NCBI GenBank assembly: GCA_037379765.1
Contig: JARRJE010000043.1
Location: 865-38,483, forward strand
Source: Deltaproteobacteria bacterium
GTDB taxonomy: Bacteria; Desulfobacterota; Desulfobulbia; Desulfobulbales; UBA5123
Direction: 5' to 3'
Length of the DNA stretch: 37,619 nt
Positions within the stretch are counted from its first letter, which is position 1; the number at the start of each line of letters is the position of its first letter. Shown piece by piece: positions 8,050 through 15,853 of this stretch. The notes beneath the pieces were generated by a model, which ran no database searches, was not told the DNA's origin, and saw only the letters and a program-made list of their open reading frames with translations. Both the position numbers and the translations under genes were made by a program.

Positions 8050-10488
8050 ATGGACAGCTACGTATGCATCCACGGCCATTTCTATCAACCTCCCCGGGAA
8101 AACCCCTGGCTGGAGGCAGTGGAAATCCAGGACAGCGCCTATCCCTACCATGACTGGAACGAGCGGATCACCGCCGAATGTTACGCCACCAACTCCTCTT
8201 CGCGCATTCTGGATCACGACTTGCGCATCCAGGAGATTGTGAGCAACTACACCCGAATCAGCTTCGACATGGGGCCGACCCTGCTCTCCTGGCTGGAAAG
8301 GAATGCCCCACCCACCTATGAGGCCATTCTGGAGGCAGACCGCCGCAGCCGGAACCTCTATGGCGGCCACGGCTCGGCCCTTGCCCAGGCATACAACCAC
8401 CTCATCATGCCCTTGGCTTCCAGCCGGGACAAGCAAACCCAGATCATCTGGGGCCTGCGGGACTTCGAAAGCCGATTCCGCCGGCCCGCTGAAGGCATGT
8501 GGCTGCCGGAAACCGCAGTCGACCTGGAAAGCCTGGAGCTCATGGCGGAGGCGGGACTCAAGTTCACCATTCTGGCGCCCAACCAGGCTCAGAAGATCCG
8601 CCCGATCGACAGCAAAAAGGAGTGGCAGGACGTGACCGACTCCCGGATCGATCCCACCCGGGCCTACCTGGTCCGGCTGCCCTCCGGCCGGACCATCGAT
8701 TTGTTCTTTTATGACGGCCCCATCTCCCGGGCCATCGCCTTCGAACGGCTGCTGGAGAGCGGCGAGGAATTCGCCCATCGCCTTCTGGACGGTTTTTCCA
8801 AAGATCGGCATTGGCCGCAGCTCATGCACATCGCCACCGACGGCGAGTCGTATGGCCATCATCACCGGCACGGAGAGATGGCCCTGTCCTATGCCCTTCA
8901 CTACATCGAAAGCAACAAACTGGCCAAGATCACCAACTATGGCTGGTATCTCGAGAAAAATCCTCCGACCCACGAAGTGCAGATCTACGAAGACAGCTCC
9001 TGGAGCTGCGTGCACGGCATTGAGCGCTGGCGCAGCGACTGCGGCTGCAACTCAGGTATGCACCCCGGCTGGAACCAGCAGTGGCGGGCGCCGCTGCGGG
9101 AGAGCCTCGACTGGCTTCGGGACCGGTTCGCCGCCATCTACGAACGGCGGGCCCCCACCTATTTCCGTGACTCCTGGGCGGCCCGGGACGATTACATCGA
9201 CGTGGTGCTCGATCGTTCCGAGGCCAACCTCAACGAATTTTTCGACCGCCACAAGGCCAAGAAACTAGCCCGCAACGACTGGGTGAAGGCCATCAAGCTT
9301 CTGGAGATGCAGCGCAACTCCATGCTCATGTATACGAGCTGCGGCTGGTTTTTCGATGAAATTTCAGGTATCGAGACTGTTCAGATCCTACAGTACGCCG
9401 GCCGCGCCATTCAGCTTGCCCAGGAAATCGACGAGTCCTTCGAGAGCATCCCTTTCTTCGATTTGCTGGAAAAGGCTTCCAGCAATATCCCCGAGCACGG
9501 CAACGGAGCGGCCGTCTATAAAAAGTTTGTCGATCCGTCGGTGGTCGATCTGCAAAAAGTGGGGGTCCACTACGCCATTAGCTCGCTTTTCGAAGAGTAT
9601 GCCGAGGACACCCTCATCTACTGCTACGAAATCGAAAAGTTGGATTTCAGAAAGAGCGAAGCGGGCAATGCTGCCCTGGTCACCGGCCGCTGCCTCATAT
9701 CCTCTGAGATCACCGGGAATTCCGAAACGGTCAGCTTCGCCGCCCTGTACCTGGGCACCCATGACATCAACTGCGGCATCCGCCGGTTCAGCGGCGTCAA
9801 GCATTTCAAGATAATGACGGAGGAGCTGCACGCCACATTCGAAAACGGAGCTTTCAGCGATGTTGTGCGGCTGATGGACACCCATTTCGGCACCCACAGC
9901 TATTCGCTGCGTGATCTCTTCAAGGAAGAACAGCGCCGGACCCTCCAGACGTTGCTCAAGGACACCCTGGAGAGCTCTGAGCTCGCCTACCGGAGGCTGT
10001 ACGAAGACAACCGGTTGTTGGTTGCCTTTCTCAAAGAGACCGGCATCCCCATCCCCAAGGTTTTTTATACGGCGGCCGATTTCATTTTGAATCTGGATCT
10101 GAAACGGGAGTTGGAAGGCGAATCGGTAGACGCCGACCGGGTCGATCATCTTCTCAAGGAATGCCGAAAATGGGATGTGGCGCCGCAAGCGGTCGAGCTG
10201 GAGTTTGCCTTGCGGCATACCCTGGAGAAAAACATGGAAGCCCTGGCCGCGAGTCCGGCGGAGCTCCGGCGCATGAAGGTCGTGGAGGGGCTCATCGACC
10301 TGGCCGCTCGCATGCCCTTCGAAGTCAAGTTCTGGACCGTCCAGAACCATTATTACCGGCTGGCGAAAACCGTTTACGGGGAAATTGCTGCCCGCCAGAC
10401 GGGCGATCCCGAAACAAAGGAATGGGTGGCGCACTTCCGCGCCATCGGCGGCAAGCTCAACTTCAACCTCGAATCGGTGCTGAGCTGA
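8050..10488 (+). CDS. glycoside hydrolase family 57 protein with a long C-terminal (DUF3536-like) extension
   Basis: 812 aa. The N-terminus is typical of GH57: CIHGHFYQPPRENPW, HDWNERITAECY, GPTLLSWLE, AYNHLIMPLA, GMWLPETAV, ATDGESYGHH. SD AAGAGG lies upstream. Confidence 0.85.
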   Translation: MDSYVCIHGHFYQPPRENPWLEAVEIQDSAYPYHDWNERITAECYATNSSSRILDHDLRIQEIVSNYTRISFDMGPTLLSWLERNAPPTYEAILEADRRSRNLYGGHGSALAQAYNHLIMPLASSRDKQTQIIWGLRDFESRFRRPAEGMWLPETAVDLESLELMAEAGLKFTILAPNQAQKIRPIDSKKEWQDVTDSRIDPTRAYLVRLPSGRTIDLFFYDGPISRAIAFERLLESGEEFAHRLLDGFSKDRHWPQLMHIATDGESYGHHHRHGEMALSYALHYIESNKLAKITNYGWYLEKNPPTHEVQIYEDSSWSCVHGIERWRSDCGCNSGMHPGWNQQWRAPLRESLDWLRDRFAAIYERRAPTYFRDSWAARDDYIDVVLDRSEANLNEFFDRHKAKKLARNDWVKAIKLLEMQRNSMLMYTSCGWFFDEISGIETVQILQYAGRAIQLAQEIDESFESIPFFDLLEKASSNIPEHGNGAAVYKKFVDPSVVDLQKVGVHYAISSLFEEYAEDTLIYCYEIEKLDFRKSEAGNAALVTGRCLISSEITGNSETVSFAALYLGTHDINCGIRRFSGVKHFKIMTEELHATFENGAFSDVVRLMDTHFGTHSYSLRDLFKEEQRRTLQTLLKDTLESSELAYRRLYEDNRLLVAFLKETGIPIPKVFYTAADFILNLDLKRELEGESVDADRVDHLLKECRKWDVAPQAVELEFALRHTLEKNMEALAASPAELRRMKVVEGLIDLAARMPFEVKFWTVQNHYYRLAKTVYGEIAARQTGDPETKEWVAHFRAIGGKLNFNLESVLS

Positions 10489-10497
10489 GAGCCACCC

Positions 10498-13400
10498 ATG
10501 ACGGAGCACCCTCTTACTCCCAAACGTCTCAAACGTCTGTTCAAAAAATTCGCCGCCGCAGTCCCTCCCCGTCTGCCCGTTTCCACTTACCGACTGCAGT
10601 TCAACAAATACTTCCGGTTTGTCGATGCCTGCCGGATCCTTCCCTACCTCCATGAGCTGGGCATCACCGACATCTATGCCTCTCCCTTCTTTCAGTCTCG
10701 GCCAGGCAGCATGCACGGTTACGACATCACCGACTACTGCCGACTCAATCCCGAAATCGGCACCGAAGAGGAATTCGAAGAATACGTGTCCACCCTCCAC
10801 CGATACGGGATGGGGCAGATACTCGATATCGTTCCCAATCATATGAGCATCGGCGGCAGCAGCAATCGCTGGTGGCAGGATGTGCTCGAAAATGGTCAGA
10901 GCTCACCCTATGCCTCCTATTTCGATATCGACTGGAAGCCGTTGAAGGAAGAGCTGGAGGATAAAGTCATCCTCCCGATCCTGGGCGACCAGTACGGCCG
11001 CGTCCTGGAGAACGGAGAGTTGCATCTTTCTCTGGCCGGCGGCGGTTTTCAGGTCACCTACTACGAGCACCGTCTGCCGCTCGATCCCAAAACCTACCCC
11101 CGCATTTTCGGCAATGACCAGGATCTAGAAGAGCTCGGGGGGAAGATGGGCGCCGAGAATGAAAACTACCAGGAACTGCTCAGCATCATCACCGCCCTCA
11201 ACAACCTCCCGGACCGGAGGGAGACCGATCCCGCCCGAATGGCCGAGAGAAGGCGGGAAAAGGAGGTCATCAAACGGCGGCTCGACGATCTGAATAACCG
11301 CAATGCCGCCATCCGTGAGCTCATCGATATCCGCGTGCAGCTTTATAACGGCGAACGGGGAGTGCCCGCCAGCTTCGACGACCTCGACGCCCTGCTCTCC
11401 GATCAGGCATTCCGCCTCGCTTACTGGCGGGTGGCCACGGAAGAGATCAACTATCGACGTTTTTTCGATATCAATGATCTGGCCGCGGTGCGCATGGAAA
11501 ACCCCGAGGTGTTCCAGGAGGCACACGCCTTAGTGTTCGAATGGGTACGGGAGGGCAAGGTCACCGGGTTGCGGGTGGACCACCCCGACGGTCTTTACAA
11601 CCCCACCGCCTATTTTCGAAGCCTGCAAGAGGAATGTTTCATCCAGCTTTGTCGAGCGGCGCTCGGTCCGGAGCCGAAGGGAAATGAAAAGGACGCGATC
11701 GAAACCATGCGCAGCTGGTACCGGAACGAGATTCTGGAGATCCCAGGCACCCCTTTGAAACGACCCTTCTATATGGTGGGTGAAAAAATCCTTATGGACG
11801 GCGAGCCCATGCCGCCCTATTGGCCGATTTACGGGGCCACCGGTTACGTGTTCATGAACGCAGTGAACGGGATCTTCATCGATCGGGGCAAGGTCCGGAC
11901 CATCAACCGCATTTACACCCGCTTCACCGGAGAGAACAGGCCCTTTGCCGAACTGCAGCTGGAAACCAAAAAGCTGATCATGCGGTCATCCATGGCCAGC
12001 GAAATCAACGTCCTTGGCCGCAGCCTCAATCGCATCTCCGAGAAAGACCGACATTATCGTGACTTTACCCTCAACAATCTCACACAGGCCATCGTCGAAG
12101 TCATCGCCTTTTTCCCCATCTACCGAACCTATATCGATTCCCGGGGCATCGCGGACCGCGATCGGCGCTACCTGGAGGAAGCGATCGCCAGAGCCAAGCG
12201 CGCCAGCCGCGACCTGAGCGGTTCCATCTTCGATTTCTTGCGGGACGTTCTTCTGGGGCGCTATCCCGAACGGTCCGACGAGGCAGTTCAAACTCAGTGC
12301 TTCGAATTCATCATGAAATTTCAGCAGCTCACCGGACCGGTGATGGCCAAAGGGCTTGAGGATACTGCCTTTTACATATACAACCGCTTCGTTTCCCTGA
12401 ACGAGGTGGGGGGCAATCCTGCCCGATTCGGCCTTTCGCCCAATAACTTTCACGCATTAAATGGGGAAAAGATCGGCACCTGGCCCCATACCCTGCTGGC
12501 CACCTCCACCCATGATTCGAAACGCAGCGAGGATGTGCGGGCCCGCATCAACGTGCTCTCGGAAATCCCGGAGCAGTGGCACGAGCACTTGCACCGCTGG
12601 AGCCGCCGGAATCGCCGGTGGAAGACGATGGTGGACGGCGAGGCGGTCCCGGAACGCAATACCGAATATCTCCTCTACCAGACCCTGGTAGGGGCCTGGC
12701 CTCTGACAACTCCAACCGGGGAAGAGTTCGTATCCTTTGTCGAAAGGATCAACCAATACATGCTCAAGGCGGCCCGGGAGGCAAAAACTCATACCAGCTG
12801 GATCAATCAAAACGGGGATTACGAGGAGGCCCTCACCCGCTTTATTGAAAATGTGCTCCGGTCCCGCAGTTTCCTCGACGATTTCCTGTCTTTCCAGAAT
12901 TACGTTTCCCGCTACGGTCTGTTCAATTCCCTGGCCCAAACCTTACTCAAGATCGCCTCTCCCGGCACCCCTGATTTCTTTCAGGGAACCGAACTCTGGA
13001 CCTTGACTCTTGTCGATCCCGACAACCGGACCCCGGTTGATTACGAGGCCGGCGCCACACTGCTTGCGGAACTGAAAGAGCGGGAACGCACCACCGGCCT
13101 GCCCGCCCTTGCCGAGGATTTGACCCGATGGCCGGCCGACAACCGGATCAAGCTCTTTCTCACCCACAAGGCCCTCACTTTTCGCCGGAAGCATCAGCAA
13201 CTGTTCACTGAGGGGGAATATATTCCGGCGACCACCGGCGGTATTCACGGCCGGCGGGTGGTCAGCTTTCTGCGCAGGCTGGACTATACCGCGGTCCTGG
13301 TGGCGGTGCCGCGCCTGCTCATCGGCCTGGGATTGAAGAATGGCCAGCCTCCCATTGGAGAGATCTGGAGCGACACGATCCTGATGCTTCCCGATTCCGA

Positions 13401-13530
13401 GATCAGTGCGTCTTTTAGAAACGTTTTCACTGGCGAAACGGTGACTGCCGGCCGCCGAGAGGGACAAGCAACCCTCATTGCGGCGGAGGTCTTTGCCCGG
13501 TTCCCGATGGCCCTCCTTCAACGGATCTGA
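10498..13530 (+). CDS. treY: malto-oligosyltrehalose synthase TreY (GH13)
   Basis: 1010 aa. Motifs: STYRLQFNKYFRFVDACRILPYLHELGITDIYASPFFQSRPGSMHGYDITDY, DIVPNHM, GLRVDHPDGL, ATSTHDSKRSEDVRARI. Confidence 0.9.
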   Translation: MTEHPLTPKRLKRLFKKFAAAVPPRLPVSTYRLQFNKYFRFVDACRILPYLHELGITDIYASPFFQSRPGSMHGYDITDYCRLNPEIGTEEEFEEYVSTLHRYGMGQILDIVPNHMSIGGSSNRWWQDVLENGQSSPYASYFDIDWKPLKEELEDKVILPILGDQYGRVLENGELHLSLAGGGFQVTYYEHRLPLDPKTYPRIFGNDQDLEELGGKMGAENENYQELLSIITALNNLPDRRETDPARMAERRREKEVIKRRLDDLNNRNAAIRELIDIRVQLYNGERGVPASFDDLDALLSDQAFRLAYWRVATEEINYRRFFDINDLAAVRMENPEVFQEAHALVFEWVREGKVTGLRVDHPDGLYNPTAYFRSLQEECFIQLCRAALGPEPKGNEKDAIETMRSWYRNEILEIPGTPLKRPFYMVGEKILMDGEPMPPYWPIYGATGYVFMNAVNGIFIDRGKVRTINRIYTRFTGENRPFAELQLETKKLIMRSSMASEINVLGRSLNRISEKDRHYRDFTLNNLTQAIVEVIAFFPIYRTYIDSRGIADRDRRYLEEAIARAKRASRDLSGSIFDFLRDVLLGRYPERSDEAVQTQCFEFIMKFQQLTGPVMAKGLEDTAFYIYNRFVSLNEVGGNPARFGLSPNNFHALNGEKIGTWPHTLLATSTHDSKRSEDVRARINVLSEIPEQWHEHLHRWSRRNRRWKTMVDGEAVPERNTEYLLYQTLVGAWPLTTPTGEEFVSFVERINQYMLKAAREAKTHTSWINQNGDYEEALTRFIENVLRSRSFLDDFLSFQNYVSRYGLFNSLAQTLLKIASPGTPDFFQGTELWTLTLVDPDNRTPVDYEAGATLLAELKERERTTGLPALAEDLTRWPADNRIKLFLTHKALTFRRKHQQLFTEGEYIPATTGGIHGRRVVSFLRRLDYTAVLVAVPRLLIGLGLKNGQPPIGEIWSDTILMLPDSEISASFRNVFTGETVTAGRREGQATLIAAEVFARFPMALLQRI

Positions 13531-13873
13531 TCCCCAACAGCTCTTTTTCCACATTTGCCCAACCTCCTTTCTTCTCTCATTACCTTTAGCCCTGACACGG
13601 GCCACCAGAGTACAAACTGAAAGCATTTTCTCCAGCATGAAATCGATTTCGCCTTCCACCTGCCTTTGGCCTACCGCCCTTCCCGGAGGAACCTTGAATC
13701 GCCAGCCGGCCTTTTCCAAAAATATTGCACTAATATTTCGACATATTTCTTGTTTTCACGGGTCCTATTCTCCAGACCATCAACAAAAACAGGCCAATAG
13801 CGGGAAATCTCTTGAAATCTAGAATATTATTTGCTTAACAGAAAGGAACTGAATTTTTTGCGAGGTATCGGCA

Positions 13874-14227
13874 ATGGAACTGGAGCAGGTTATCCGCCAA
13901 ATCTATCGTGTTCCTGTGAAGAAGAGTGACCGCGTGAACATTACGGTCGACGGGAGCGAATACGAGATCGTGAATCTGGGCAGTCACGGAATCGGCATTC
14001 GCCTGCCGAACCCTGCACCATTCAAGGTCAGCGACCACGTCCATGAGATCGGCTTGGAAATCGAGGGGGATCATATACGCCTCTCTGGAAAAATTGTTCA
14101 TGTCACTCCATATGAGACCGATCATTGTTTATGTGGAATCCAACTCATAGACATGGATGAAAAAAGTCAGCAGCGATTGCTTGATTACGTGTACCGGATT
14201 CGTGCCAACTTGTTTACAAAAGGCTGA
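13874..14227 (+). CDS. PilZ-domain protein (putative c-di-GMP receptor, variant motif)
   Basis: 117 aa single-domain protein. It has N-terminal RQIYR (RxxxR) followed about 22 aa later by NLGSHG (a variant of (D/N)x(S/A)xxG with G at the S position). GC is noticeably lower than in the flanking genes. Confidence 0.6.
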   Translation: MELEQVIRQIYRVPVKKSDRVNITVDGSEYEIVNLGSHGIGIRLPNPAPFKVSDHVHEIGLEIEGDHIRLSGKIVHVTPYETDHCLCGIQLIDMDEKSQQRLLDYVYRIRANLFTKG

Positions 14228-14294
14228 AAAAAATTTATATACAGAAAACTGTTTATTCAGCTAACCAACGCTAGGTTGTCCCGAGGACCGGATC

Positions 14295-14753
14295 ATGCCC
14301 AAAAAGGTGGACATTCTTGGAGATGTGCTCACCAATTCTGATGAGAGAACTATCCCAGGCTTGATGGAGCTGAGCGATCTTATAACTCCGGAAAAAACTG
14401 CCCAGCCCAAAAGACCGACTCAGCCGGAAAGCCCCTTCCAACTGGAGAGCCCCGCCCAGCAAAAAAAGCCTGCTCAGTTGGGGACTTGCCTTAAAGTTCA
14501 AAGCTCGAAAGGGAAAGCCCTAAGGAAAAAGAAGGTTTCTCTTTATCTTTCGCCGGAAATTGCCGAAAGCATTGACCGGATTCTGCCCCGAATCCGGAAT
14601 CTCGCTCCTGAAAAAGCGCGAAAGAGGGTTTCGAAATCCAGCCTGGTGAATTTTTCCCTGCAGCTACTGTTGCGGGAGTACGAAGAGAAAGGAAAGGAGA
14701 GCCTGCTCGTCAGGCAGTTCCTACATGACGACCGAGACGGCAATGATTCCTGA
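14295..14753 (+). CDS. hypothetical protein: P/Q/K-rich disordered N-terminal half + ribbon-helix-helix-like C-terminal half (possible ParG/ParB-like partner)
   Basis: 152 aa. SD GAGGA lies 7 nt upstream. The N-terminus is low-complexity (QPKRPTQPESPFQLESPAQQKKPAQL). The C-terminus KKKVSLYLSPEIAESIDRIL...SKSSLVNFSLQLLLREYEEKG has a strand-helix-helix pattern by eye. Confidence 0.5.
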   Translation: MPKKVDILGDVLTNSDERTIPGLMELSDLITPEKTAQPKRPTQPESPFQLESPAQQKKPAQLGTCLKVQSSKGKALRKKKVSLYLSPEIAESIDRILPRIRNLAPEKARKRVSKSSLVNFSLQLLLREYEEKGKESLLVRQFLHDDRDGNDS

Positions 14754-14826
14754 TTTCGTGCAAATTGCTGCTCTCCGGCGGCCCCATCCTGCCATTTTAT
14801 CGTGAACCAGGGAGGCTTCGCGCCAC

Positions 14827-15741
14827 ATGCTTCTGATCTGCCCGCACTGCAATAAACAGTACAACATCGACGAGAAGAAGATCCCGCCGAATGTCAAGAT
14901 GGCCCGGTGTAAATTCTGCGAACAGCAATTCTCCCTTAAGGAGGCGACGCAGAGCGACGAGGCGCCAATCCAGCCTTCGCAACCGGTGCGCAGGATCGGC
15001 GTCTGCATCAGCAAGGGGGGCGTCGGCAAAACCACCACCTCGGTCAACCTGGCCGCCGGCTTGGCTTTTTCCGGCTATAAAGTATTGCTGGTGGATACCG
15101 ATACTCAGGGTCAGGACAGCTTCGTCCTGGGGGTCAAGCCGAAGGGCGGCCTCACCGAGTTCATCGCCGGAGAATTGTCGGCGGAGGAAGCGATCATAAA
15201 GGCCAGGGAACGGCTCTGGCTCCTGGCGGGCGGAAAATCTCTGGCCGGCCTCAAGCGGCTCATCGACCGCAAGGACTTCGGGGGGGAGCTTACCCTGTCG
15301 GAGGCCCTGAAGCCGATCGAAGAGCAGTACGATTATGTTATCGTCGATACCTCACCGGGTTGGGATCCCCTTACCGTCAATGTCCTCTTTTACGTCAATG
15401 AGATCCTCACCCCGGTCTCGCTCGAGATCATGACTTTGCAAGGCCTGGTGGAATTCTTGAAAAGCCTGTCGGCCATCCAGAAACATCGCCAGGAGGTGGC
15501 CCTCAAGTACATCCTCCCGACTTTCCACGACCAGCGGGTCAAGAAGTGCGTCGGCATTCTGGAGAAAATCGAAAAGCTATACGGGCATTTGCTTTGCAAG
15601 CCGATCCGCTATAACGTCAGGCTCTCAGAGGCTCCCTCCTCGGGGCAGACGATCTATGAATTCGCCCCTGGTTCACCTGGTGCCGATGATTACCGGGATC
15701 TGGTGCGGAAGATCGCCAAGAATGAAAATCTTCTGCGATAG
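14827..15741 (+). CDS. ParA/MinD-family ATPase with N-terminal MJ0042-type zinc ribbon
   Basis: 304 aa. The N-terminus CPHCNKQY...ARCKFCEQQF has two CxxC pairs. A deviant Walker A, ISKGGVGKTTTSVNLA, follows, then LLVDTDTQG and YDYVIVDTSPG. Confidence 0.85.
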   Translation: MLLICPHCNKQYNIDEKKIPPNVKMARCKFCEQQFSLKEATQSDEAPIQPSQPVRRIGVCISKGGVGKTTTSVNLAAGLAFSGYKVLLVDTDTQGQDSFVLGVKPKGGLTEFIAGELSAEEAIIKARERLWLLAGGKSLAGLKRLIDRKDFGGELTLSEALKPIEEQYDYVIVDTSPGWDPLTVNVLFYVNEILTPVSLEIMTLQGLVEFLKSLSAIQKHRQEVALKYILPTFHDQRVKKCVGILEKIEKLYGHLLCKPIRYNVRLSEAPSSGQTIYEFAPGSPGADDYRDLVRKIAKNENLLR

Positions 15742-15853
15742 GTGAGCGGTACCGAGGCTCACGCCATCCTCTTCTCCGCATCAGGCTCTATAAGACCCCG
15801 CCTGAAAGAGAGCTTGAACATCAGTCGGTTTCTATTTATGAGAAGAAAGAGCC

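Noticed and set aside
14228-14294. ACAG-N4-CTGT / CTGAA...TTCAG palindromes after the PilZ gene as a LexA/SOS box or operator
   Set aside because: The half-site order and spacing do not match CTGT-N8-ACAG or the Geobacter-type LexA box. The stems are only 4-5 bp.
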